A stretch of 64,000 bases of DNA. Source: Candidatus Poseidoniaceae archaeon (GTDB lineage: Archaea; Thermoplasmatota; Poseidoniia; Poseidoniales; Poseidoniaceae). The first letter of the stretch is position 1; each line of letters opens with the position of its first letter. The notes under the pieces were generated by a model. That model was given only the letters and a program-made list of their open reading frames with translations, searched no databases and was not told where the DNA came from. The stretch spans positions 79,458 through 143,457 of the forward strand of contig CBFIJH010000005.1 of the NCBI GenBank assembly GCA_965662895.1, in the 5' to 3' direction. Shown piece by piece: positions 28,076 through 36,337 of the stretch. Made by a program: the position numbers and the translations under genes.

Positions 28076-28096
28076 GAATCCACCAGTGAGAAACGG

Positions 28097-28104
28097 CTTA
28101 TAAA
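28097..28104 (-). promoter_or_regulatory. TATA box TTTATAAG of an internal crtI promoter (leaderless)
   Basis: Consensus archaeal TATA about 22 nt upstream of the crtI ATG, in the 45-bp gap after the ABC1 gene. Confidence 0.65.
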
Positions 28105-28120
28105 TCGACGTTTTGAACCA

Positions 28121-29410
28121 CTAGTCGGCTGGCTGTATCTCGCCTTCCCAGAACGTTTTCGTGATGGTTTTTTGCGTCCTGGAATCTTTTGAATACGGTA
28201 GTTCGACGATCGAAGCAAATTCATCGAGATAAGGCCCCATTGATGAGATAAGATCGATGTCTGGATGCCCACGAAGAACCATTCCATCCATGTACATCAA
28301 CGAACGGATGATTGGGAAGGCTTCCTCACCAAAGCGACAGCCAGCCAGGACAGCGATGCGCACCGTTTTCATCATCTGCTGTGTGAGACTAACCTCGCTG
28401 ACGGATTTGCCGACAAATCCATCATAGATTTCGTGCATTTCACGCATGTATCGCGCCTTCGCCTCACCAGTTGGAGGTGTGTCTGCCATGGTCAACATTG
28501 CTTCAAACGCACCCTCAAGTTCTCCCTTCGCAAGATAGTAGAAGAAGCCGAACAGCGCTGAACGTACACTTTCTGGAGCGTGAGAAATTGCACCAGTATC
28601 AATAAAGGTGAATTGCCCGTTTTCATCGACCATCGCATTTCCTGGGTGAAGGTCGCCGTGGAATGTCCCGATACCAAACATGAAAGCACCGTGGATGCGA
28701 AACAACTGCAACAAGTCGTCCCAGGATAGATTTCCTTTCGAAAGTCTAGATTCGAGAGTAGGGGCTTTGATGTGTTCCATGACCAAAACGTGTTGATTTG
28801 AGAGTTCTGGCCAAACTTTTGGAAAGTTCAACAAGGGCATGGGGAATTGGTGTTCGACCTCTTTGGCTTTCGATTGAAGCAACTCAGCACCTTGAATTTC
28901 GTTTCGCAAGTCAAGCTCTCGAAGTGTGTAATCCTCAACGTGCTGAAGCAAACCGACTGGATTGCCCACTTTTCGAAGTCGAGGATTCAAAAACAGTCCA
29001 ATTCTAAGCCATCGGCGCATTCGAGCGACATCTTTGCGGAACGATTTCTCAAAATCCGCCTTGATGATCTTCACCACCACTTGACTTCCGTCTTTGAGGA
29101 CACCACGGTGTACCTGTCCGATGCTTGCTGCTGCAAAGGGTTCTTCTTCGAAGGACTCAAAGGCATCAAGGAATCCGGCAGGAGCTCGACTTCGAATCAG
29201 CGACATCGAATCCTCCTTCGGAATCGAATTTGCTCTCTGATACAGCGATTGAAGTTGTCTGCACTTTTCTTCAGACAGTAGATCGGGACGGAGTGCGAAG
29301 ATTTGAGTGAGTTTAACAGCAAGCAACCCCATCTTCTGTATTTTATCGAGGTCGGCAGGGCCGTCCTTCGTAATCATGCGAATAAAACGAACGAATGTCA
29401 GGAGGCGCAT
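28121..29410 (-). CDS. AarF/UbiB/ABC1 atypical kinase
   Basis: VKLTQ (KxGQ-like), PFAAASIGQVHRG, VVVK, ELDLRNE, VLVME, FHGDLHPGN, FIDTG. Confidence 0.92.
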   Translation of the reverse strand: MRLLTFVRFIRMITKDGPADLDKIQKMGLLAVKLTQIFALRPDLLSEEKCRQLQSLYQRANSIPKEDSMSLIRSRAPAGFLDAFESFEEEPFAAASIGQVHRGVLKDGSQVVVKIIKADFEKSFRKDVARMRRWLRIGLFLNPRLRKVGNPVGLLQHVEDYTLRELDLRNEIQGAELLQSKAKEVEHQFPMPLLNFPKVWPELSNQHVLVMEHIKAPTLESRLSKGNLSWDDLLQLFRIHGAFMFGIGTFHGDLHPGNAMVDENGQFTFIDTGAISHAPESVRSALFGFFYYLAKGELEGAFEAMLTMADTPPTGEAKARYMREMHEIYDGFVGKSVSEVSLTQQMMKTVRIAVLAGCRFGEEAFPIIRSLMYMDGMVLRGHPDIDLISSMGPYLDEFASIVELPYSKDSRTQKTITKTFWEGEIQPAD

Positions 29411-29435
29411 AGTAAAAAAATCTCCTTTTCATTTA

Positions 29436-30257
29436 TCAATCGGCGTTTTTTTTCAGGAGTGCTTTGATAGGATTTGCAAAGAGAGCAGGTGTTGTTTTCA
29501 CCCATTCATCAAATCCTTCACGTTGTTGCAAATCAACTTCCGACATCTTGACACCGCTTACATAACGAAGGAGAAGTGTGAGGATAAGGGGACCAATGAG
29601 TACTGGAAGAGCGTCAAAACCCGAAACGATGACAGCAAAACCGCCAATCGACCACCACAAGATTGCTTCTCCCAAATGGTTCGGGTGACGAGTGACTGAG
29701 AACATTCCATCCGTTTTGAGGTGACCTGGGCCGTGCATAGCACGATATTTTTTCAACTCCATGTCTGCTTTGTGTTCCAAGGATAAGCCAAGCAGGAAAC
29801 CGAAAAGACAAGCCAAGGACAATGCAGTAGAAGTCACGGTCCACTCAATGGATTCCGATTGTTCTGGAATGAGGGCGAAAATTGGAAGCGCAACCACAAG
29901 GAGGAAAACCGCTTGAAGCATGAATACCTGAAGGAAACTGATCCACCACCAATTGTTCCCAGCAACCTCGCGCATGCGAACATAGCGTGGATCTTCCCCA
30001 CGATTCTTTGTTCGATAATGCAATACAACTGCAAGACGCAGTCCCCACAGGGTGACACATGCGAGGCAGAGTAGTGCAGCAAGATTCGTGGCATCGGTGA
30101 AGAGAAATCGAGTCCAAGCGATGAGGACAAAACCCATTCCCCATAAGACGTCCATAACCGTAACATTGCCGGTTGATAGCGTCTTAATCCATGCAATTGT
30201 GACGTATGCGAGGACAACAAGAACGGTCAGCAAATTCAATCCAATGTCCACCATCAT
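29436..30257 (-). CDS. DUF1295 / steroid 5-alpha-reductase-like membrane protein
   Basis: DVLWGMGF, WGLRL, GEDPRY, VFMLQA, E..AD..L, TRHPNHLGEAILWW, LLRYVSG, TTPALF. Confidence 0.9.
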   Translation of the reverse strand: MMVDIGLNLLTVLVVLAYVTIAWIKTLSTGNVTVMDVLWGMGFVLIAWTRFLFTDATNLAALLCLACVTLWGLRLAVVLHYRTKNRGEDPRYVRMREVAGNNWWWISFLQVFMLQAVFLLVVALPIFALIPEQSESIEWTVTSTALSLACLFGFLLGLSLEHKADMELKKYRAMHGPGHLKTDGMFSVTRHPNHLGEAILWWSIGGFAVIVSGFDALPVLIGPLILTLLLRYVSGVKMSEVDLQQREGFDEWVKTTPALFANPIKALLKKNAD

Positions 30258-31651
30258 GCAGACGGTTCCGCTGGTTGTTCTTCATTGTTCATGATGATAT
30301 GGTAGCGCCAGAGGTCTTCTGGCTCACCGGTTCCATCGTATCTTCGGACGTTGACGTTTCCATCTTTCGGGAATCGAGTCATCAAGGCTCCTTCGATGAT
30401 ACCATCATCAAGTTCCCACATGGGTAGTACGTCTGGATCTTCGCTTGGAGGATGGTCGAGTCCAACCTGCACATGGAAGACCGGATCGATACCGTATTCA
30501 AGCCGACCAAGTCCAGCAAATTCCCACCAATCCATCATTTCATCGAGGAATTCGACGTGATTTTCGATTGAACGGAGTGAGAAAGCCAACTCGTGTCCGA
30601 CACGATTTCCGACTTGACGCAACATTCGAGCCAAGTCAATACCGAGGATTTTCAAATTTGATAATCTGCCCTTCGTAAGCTCCTGCCGTGCTTGGTTGAC
30701 TTCCGTTCCAGCTGCGAGGAAGGCATCTGGGTCGAATGGTGTGTCGTGTTCGGGAAGGTCGTCAACGCCGAGGGCACCGACTAGGGAATCGAGGAAGGAA
30801 CCCTCGCCGATTGTCAGTCGAAGTGGGTCATGGATTCTCCCTTTCGAAAATCGGGCTTCTGCGACTTCAAACTGTACTGCGTCTTCCCAGATTGTATCGA
30901 TTAGATTCTCTTGTGCTTTAGCGAAAGGTTCGCTTTCGATGACGAGTGCAGCGTCTTCTTTTCCACGTCCAACTGGATTTTCTTCGATGTTGAGGAACTG
31001 AACAACGTGTGTACAATCCTGGAGGAATCCTTGGGAATCAAGGTCATCTGAATGTTTGATTTCAATTGAATCATGAAGTTTCTGGAAGAAACGTGTTGTT
31101 CGGCGATCAAGTTGGGCAATGACCTGGACCACAACACCCTTTTCAGCAACTGAATTGATGGTTTCTAGGGCTTCACTTCTGCAGAGGTGAAGAATACCGT
31201 ACCGTCCGAGGAGTAGGACGAGCCGTTCTTCAGCATCCTCTGCCATTCGCTCAAGCCTGCGGTAAATGTGGCTTCGTTCTTTGAGAACTGCGAATCGTGG
31301 TTCATCACGCTGGCGGCGGTTCGCCTCGTAGGAAGCATTTGCTTCCGTGATGCCTTTGGAGAGCTCATTGAATCCTTCTTCGAGGTTATCCAGTTGCCTG
31401 CGGCGCATCTCAATAATGTGCTGCAACGCTTCATCAACACGCAAGCTTGAAAACAACATCGGCCGGTCAGCAGTTGCTGTAACGATACCCATTTCTTGGA
31501 GCCTTGAGAGGCTGTTGTACGCATCCAGTCGCGTTGTTTGCAATTCCTTTGCGAGTTCGCTTGCACGCATGTTTGGATTGTTGCCAAGCACCATGATTGA
31601 GCGTACTTCTCGTTCAGTGAGACCAGCTTCGTTCAGAAGGCTGTCCCACAT
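30254..31651 (-). CDS. TrmB-family transcriptional regulator with a C-terminal V4R-like domain
   Basis: GLTEREVR..ASELAK..RLDAYNSLSRLQEMGIV..RPMLF (TrmB HTH); coiled coil; TrmB effector-like domain ending IDTIWEDA; C-terminal VGNRVG..WEFAGLGRLE..GIIEGAL. TAATG overlap with the upstream gene. Confidence 0.85.
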   Translation of the reverse strand: MWDSLLNEAGLTEREVRSIMVLGNNPNMRASELAKELQTTRLDAYNSLSRLQEMGIVTATADRPMLFSSLRVDEALQHIIEMRRRQLDNLEEGFNELSKGITEANASYEANRRQRDEPRFAVLKERSHIYRRLERMAEDAEERLVLLLGRYGILHLCRSEALETINSVAEKGVVVQVIAQLDRRTTRFFQKLHDSIEIKHSDDLDSQGFLQDCTHVVQFLNIEENPVGRGKEDAALVIESEPFAKAQENLIDTIWEDAVQFEVAEARFSKGRIHDPLRLTIGEGSFLDSLVGALGVDDLPEHDTPFDPDAFLAAGTEVNQARQELTKGRLSNLKILGIDLARMLRQVGNRVGHELAFSLRSIENHVEFLDEMMDWWEFAGLGRLEYGIDPVFHVQVGLDHPPSEDPDVLPMWELDDGIIEGALMTRFPKDGNVNVRRYDGTGEPEDLWRYHIIMNNEEQPAEPSA

Positions 31652-32175
31652 TAGTCGGATCCCCCAGTGACGGATGAGAGGCTCTTGAGGATTCGAGCAA
31701 CGTGTCGGCGTGGACGGAACAACCAATCGTATACATGGTGGATTCGATTGTCAGGCCCAATCAAGAAACTGGATTTGGCAGGAAACATTCCGAGATGGAC
31801 TGGAACCAGGAATTTGTCTGCGACTTCCCTTTCCGGATCGGCAAGAAGTGGAAACGGAAGTCCACCAATTTCTTTCTTGAACTTGGCATGCGATTCGCTT
31901 GTTCCTTCCCCAATTCCAACGACTTTGCATCCTGCTGAGACGAACAAATCGTGTTGTTCCTTGAAGGTGAGACAGCCTCGCTTGCACGTCGGTGACCCAT
32001 CCTTCGCATAGAAGAACAAAATTCGCCATGAATCATTCAGCGATTTGCTGTCAAAAACGTTGCCTACGTCATCAGTAAGCGTGAATTCAGGTGCGAGTTC
32101 TCCAATCAAATCTTTGCTCACTCGCTTCGCCTCATTGTGGGTGAGGCGCTCTGCTGTCAATATGACTTCCCCCAT
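31651..32175 (-). CDS. BCP/PrxQ-like peroxiredoxin with an atypical active site
   Basis: GELAPEFTL, LFFYAKDGSPTCKRGC, VVGI, SHAKF, LPFPLLADP, SSFLIGPD; SD GAGGGTGA before ATG 32175. Confidence 0.8.
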   Translation of the reverse strand: MGEVILTAERLTHNEAKRVSKDLIGELAPEFTLTDDVGNVFDSKSLNDSWRILFFYAKDGSPTCKRGCLTFKEQHDLFVSAGCKVVGIGEGTSESHAKFKKEIGGLPFPLLADPEREVADKFLVPVHLGMFPAKSSFLIGPDNRIHHVYDWLFRPRRHVARILKSLSSVTGGSD

Positions 32176-32186
32176 GTGCATCACCC

Positions 32187-32798
32187 TCAGATTGGCAGAA
32201 TGTGACGCATTCGCAACGCTTTTGTTCGCAGATAATTTTTGTTTTCTGAGCAAAATCCTGCTTTGTGAGATACACGGTCGACAACCGATATGCCGTGCTG
32301 TTCGAGTTGCTCGACCTTGTCCGGGTTGTTGGTCATGAGACGAACGCTGTCATATCCTATATCAGTGAGGATGTGGGCTGCGATTGTGTAGTCACGGCCA
32401 TCGGCGGGTAAATTGAGCGCAAGATTAGCATCGAGTGTGTCAAGCCCACGGTCTTGTAGGTTGTAGGCCTGCATCTTTGCAAATAGTCCAATGCCGCGAC
32501 CTTCCTGGCGGAGGTAAAGAACGATGCCACGTCCTTCTTTTTGGATGGTCTTTAATGCACGTTGCAACTGTGGTCCACAATCGCATCGAAGACTTCCAAG
32601 AGCGTCTCCAGTTAGGCATTCTGAGTGGATGCGGACAAGAGGGGGGGTTTGATCGTTCATGTCGCCGTGATAGATGGCTGCGTGTTCGGAGCCATCTTTC
32701 GGGTCGATGTATGATCGTATGCGGAACTCACCATACTTCGTGGGGAGTTTTGCGTCAGCAGGAACTGCCGTAAACTTCTGGTTAGGATTTACCTTCAT
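32187..32798 (-). CDS. ribA: GTP cyclohydrolase II
   Basis: LVRIHSECLTGDALGSLRCDCGPQL, YLRQEGRGIGL, AYNLQDRGLDT, RLMTNNPDK. Confidence 0.96.
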   Translation of the reverse strand: MKVNPNQKFTAVPADAKLPTKYGEFRIRSYIDPKDGSEHAAIYHGDMNDQTPPLVRIHSECLTGDALGSLRCDCGPQLQRALKTIQKEGRGIVLYLRQEGRGIGLFAKMQAYNLQDRGLDTLDANLALNLPADGRDYTIAAHILTDIGYDSVRLMTNNPDKVEQLEQHGISVVDRVSHKAGFCSENKNYLRTKALRMRHILPI

Positions 32799-32820
32799 GT
32801 TTTACTTCAACGACGTTGTA

Positions 32821-32828
32821 GGTATAAA
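32821..32828 (-). promoter_or_regulatory. TATA box TTTATACC for the ribA-led operon (leaderless)
   Basis: About 22 nt upstream of the ribA ATG; palindrome CAACG-A-CGTTG (32808-32818) lies between the TATA box and the ATG. Confidence 0.6.
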
Positions 32829-32905
32829 GGACTGTTTCTGAACAAGCCTGTTTGTGCTAATTTGTTAAACGGTCCTTCAAATACCTGTTGTGGATTATTC
32901 GGATT

Positions 32906-33403
32906 ATGACTGGCGACTTCGATGTAGGCGTGGCTGCTGCGGTCACCAACGATTCCGGCATCCTACTGGTCAAAGAATCCAAGGGCCCCTACGCCGGGTT
33001 CTGGGGCTTGCCAAAAGGATACGTCGAGCCGAACGAATCGATCGAATCAGCCGTACTACGGGAACTCAAAGAGGAAACGCACCTCGACGGGAAAATCTCA
33101 GGATTCCTTGGCTTAAGAACGACCAAGACAAACAAAGGCGTTGGTTTGTTTCTCTGCTACAAAATCGAACCAACGAGCACGGAAATCCGACCACAACAGG
33201 ATGAGATATCCGATGTGAAGTTTTTCAATCTTGAATCCTTTGACCAACTCGAATGGGTTTCTGCAGCAATGCGAGGGTTTGCTGAAGTAGCACTCAAAGA
33301 CACATCGCTCCCCCTTGTCGACCTGAGCCATGAATCAAAGCGCCCGTATCATCTCGTATTCAGCGATGGGCGTGCAACACTTTTGGATGAGGTGATTCAA
33401 TGA
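32906..33403 (+). CDS. NUDIX hydrolase
   Basis: WGLPKGYVEPNESIESAVLRELKEETHL Nudix box; ATGA overlap with the photolyase gene. Confidence 0.92.
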   Translation: MTGDFDVGVAAAVTNDSGILLVKESKGPYAGFWGLPKGYVEPNESIESAVLRELKEETHLDGKISGFLGLRTTKTNKGVGLFLCYKIEPTSTEIRPQQDEISDVKFFNLESFDQLEWVSAAMRGFAEVALKDTSLPLVDLSHESKRPYHLVFSDGRATLLDEVIQ

Positions 33404-34890
33404 TTGACGTTCGTCGGATTGATGCCAATGATAAGCCTCTCAATCCCGAAGGGACCCATATTGTCTATTGGATGACCAGTGCACGACGGGCACGATGGAA
33501 TCATGCCCTCGATCACGCCATCGAACTTGCCAATGAACACAATGTTCCACTCCTAGTCGTCGAATGTCTGGCGCTTGGGCACCGATGGGCAAACGATCGC
33601 ATACACACCTTCGTTTTGCAGGGAATGATTGACAACAGAAAGCTGTTCGAATCGAGTGCTGTAACGTATGTCCCTTACGTCGAGACCAAGAAAGCCCAAG
33701 CCGGAGGTCTACTGCAATCCTTCTCCGAAGATGCAGTCGCCGTCGTCATCGACTATTTCCCGACCTACATGCCCCGCGATGTTGCCCAGCGAGCCAAGGA
33801 TTTAGCCAAATGCTCGGTCCAATGCATCGACAGCAACGGAATCGTTCCTCTGGCGGCTCCTCAACGCTCTTTCTCAACGGCACATTCCTTCCGCCGATAC
33901 ATCCACAAGAATGTCCTCAACTACATCGCAAGTCCGCCACACTCCGAACCTCTCAAGCACCTGAAGGATGTACCTAACGGTACGAACATCGTTAAGGAAT
34001 GCTTTGAGCGCGTCGATGTTCCCTTAACACCGCTCGAGTTTATTTGGAGAGTTTCAGAAGCCTCACGAGAAGGACGAGAAGCCCTCGCTGTATTGGACAT
34101 CGATCACGAAGTTCCACCAGTCGACGAACGACGTGGAGGCTCGGTTACAGCTCGTACAGAACTCAAGAAATTCATCGAGCAGAAACTTGAATCGTATCAC
34201 GTTGATCGTAATCACCCGGAGCGTTCTGGAGGAAGTGGCTTGTCTCCATGGCTCCACTATGGTCACATTTCGACGTTCGAAATCATCCATGAAGTGCTCG
34301 ATTCACAGGGTTGGAATCCAATGAAAATCACACCACCGCACAACGGTCGTCGGGCCGGTTGGTGGGGTATGAGCGAAGGTGCTGAAGCCTTTTTGGACCA
34401 GGTCATCACATGGAGAGAACTTGGATTTGTTTACTGTCATGAACATCCGGATCACACCGCTTACGGCACGCTTCCAGAATGGGCCAAAGCCACGCTTGAG
34501 GAACACGAGAATGACGAACGGCCCTACATCTACACCTTCGAGCAGTTGGAACGTGGTGAAACGCATGACCCGTTGTGGAATGCAGCACAAATTCAACTTC
34601 GCAAAGATGGAATCATTCACAACTACCTCCGAATGCTATGGGGTAAGAAGGTGTTGGAATGGTGTCCCGATCCGGAAACTGCATGCAAGTGGTTGATTCG
34701 TCTCAATGATCGCTGGGCCCTCGACGGACGAGATCCGAACTCCTACACTGGCATCTTCTGGATTTTCGGTCGCTTCGACCGAGGATGGTTCGAACGCTCC
34801 GTCTTTGGAAAGGTACGGTACATGACATCCGCATCAACCCAACGTAAGTTCAAAACTGAGGATTATATACGAAAATACGCGGATTCTTAA
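33400..34890 (+). CDS. phr: Class II CPD deoxyribodipyrimidine photolyase
   Basis: VYWM..ARR..WNHAL, SGLSPWLHYGHIS, WREL, THDPLWNAAQ, HNYLRMLWGKKVLEW, DGRDPNSY, DRGWFERSVFGKVRYM (class II signature). Confidence 0.93.
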   Translation: MIDVRRIDANDKPLNPEGTHIVYWMTSARRARWNHALDHAIELANEHNVPLLVVECLALGHRWANDRIHTFVLQGMIDNRKLFESSAVTYVPYVETKKAQAGGLLQSFSEDAVAVVIDYFPTYMPRDVAQRAKDLAKCSVQCIDSNGIVPLAAPQRSFSTAHSFRRYIHKNVLNYIASPPHSEPLKHLKDVPNGTNIVKECFERVDVPLTPLEFIWRVSEASREGREALAVLDIDHEVPPVDERRGGSVTARTELKKFIEQKLESYHVDRNHPERSGGSGLSPWLHYGHISTFEIIHEVLDSQGWNPMKITPPHNGRRAGWWGMSEGAEAFLDQVITWRELGFVYCHEHPDHTAYGTLPEWAKATLEEHENDERPYIYTFEQLERGETHDPLWNAAQIQLRKDGIIHNYLRMLWGKKVLEWCPDPETACKWLIRLNDRWALDGRDPNSYTGIFWIFGRFDRGWFERSVFGKVRYMTSASTQRKFKTEDYIRKYADS

Positions 34891-34899
34891 CATTAGGAG

Positions 34900-36297
34900 A
34901 TGCGTATGCCGATTTTTGAACACACCGCAACCTTTCCATTTTCTCGTCAAACCGTCTGGGATTGGCATGCTCGACCCGGAGCTGTTCGCCGCATCATGCC
35001 GGATTGGGAAGGAATCCGTCCTGTTGAAGTCGGTGGAATTACCGATGGAGCCATCACCGAATTTCGAATGAAAATTGGTATTGTGCCACAACGATGGGTG
35101 GCAAAACATCACGGTTACATGGAAGGCGAACAATTCTGTGATGATATGGTGAAGGGTCCTTTCGGGCGCTGGAATCATGTCCACAAATTCGTTGAGAACA
35201 ACGAAAATGAAATGCAAATTCACGACCGTATCGATTGGAAATTACCGTTTCATTTCTTTACCCGAATTGGTGCTCCAATCATGGTCATGCCCCGTGTCAA
35301 TCAAATGTTCAAGCATCGTTCGCGACGCATTCTTGCGGATTTAAATCGCCAACAGATGTTCAAAGATGCACCACGAAAAAGAATTCTCATTACTGGCTCG
35401 ACAGGTCTCATTGGAACACAACTAGGGGCATTTCTTGAGACCGACGGTCATGATGTCCATCGACTCTTGCGGCCGAGTACACGACTCCACGCCGATCAGG
35501 ATTCAACAAAGGTTGTCAAATGGAACGATCGAACCGGAGAAGTTACGCAAGGTTCGCTTGAAGACTTCGACGTCGTGATTCACCTTGCCGGTGCTGGAAT
35601 TGGGGAGAAACGCTGGAGTAAGAAACGAAAGAAACTCATTTCTGAAAGTCGCGAAATCCCAACACGTCATCTTTCCAATGCTTTGGCGGAACTAAAATCA
35701 CCTCCATCGCTGTTCATTTGTGCTTCCGCAGTTGGGTTTTACGACAATCGAGGCGATGAAGACCTTGACGAAAACAGTAGCATCGGCGAAGGCTTCCTCG
35801 CTCGGATTTGTAAGAAGTGGGAAGATGCCACTGAACCTGCTGTGAATGCTGGCATCCGGACAATTTTGATGCGAACTGGGATCGTTACCACGGCGGCAGG
35901 TGGTATGCTTCAACAGATTCTCTTGCCTGCAAAATTCGGCGCTTTGGGTCCCATAGGTGGCGGTCGCCAATGGCAATCATGGATTTCTTTGGACGACCAA
36001 ATCTATGCAATTCATTTCCTTATGAACCATGAAACTGCAAGTGGAGTTATCAATCTCACTGCTCCAAACCCGGTCACACAGAAACAATTTGCAAAGACAC
36101 TTGGGAAGGTTTTACGACGTCCAGCATTTGCTCCAGCACCTGGATTTGTCATGAAAATTCTCTTTGGTGAGATGGGGAAATCGCTTATTCTGGATGGGCA
36201 AAAAGTCCATCCGAAGCGACTGTTGAATTTGGGATACAAATTTGAACATGAAACGCTCGAACCAGCGCTTCGTGATGCTTTAGGACGGTTCAATTAA
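34900..36297 (+). CDS. SRPBCC (START-like) domain fused to a TIGR01777-family NAD-dependent epimerase
   Basis: N-terminal VWDWH..RWVAKH..FCDDMVKGPFGRWNHVHKF; then ILITGSTGLIG, HLAGAGI..RWS, ASAVGFY, GGGRQWQSWI, NLTAPNPV, RRPA. Alternative start at 34906 after AGGAG. Confidence 0.9.
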   Translation: MRMPIFEHTATFPFSRQTVWDWHARPGAVRRIMPDWEGIRPVEVGGITDGAITEFRMKIGIVPQRWVAKHHGYMEGEQFCDDMVKGPFGRWNHVHKFVENNENEMQIHDRIDWKLPFHFFTRIGAPIMVMPRVNQMFKHRSRRILADLNRQQMFKDAPRKRILITGSTGLIGTQLGAFLETDGHDVHRLLRPSTRLHADQDSTKVVKWNDRTGEVTQGSLEDFDVVIHLAGAGIGEKRWSKKRKKLISESREIPTRHLSNALAELKSPPSLFICASAVGFYDNRGDEDLDENSSIGEGFLARICKKWEDATEPAVNAGIRTILMRTGIVTTAAGGMLQQILLPAKFGALGPIGGGRQWQSWISLDDQIYAIHFLMNHETASGVINLTAPNPVTQKQFAKTLGKVLRRPAFAPAPGFVMKILFGEMGKSLILDGQKVHPKRLLNLGYKFEHETLEPALRDALGRFN

Positions 36298-36337
36298 TCG
36301 TCGCTTTGTTCATAACCGGTACATGTCATGGGCGAAC

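Noticed and set aside
28106-32817. Shared heptamer CGACGTT near the crtI and ribA TATA boxes (also at about 4033)
   Set aside because: A 7-mer is expected several times by chance in 64 kb, and it lies on different sides of the two TATA boxes.
32830-32870. CarH/LitR-type operator (11-bp-period TnnACA repeats)
   Set aside because: Only isolated matches without the tandem periodicity, and no CarH/LitR gene in the window.
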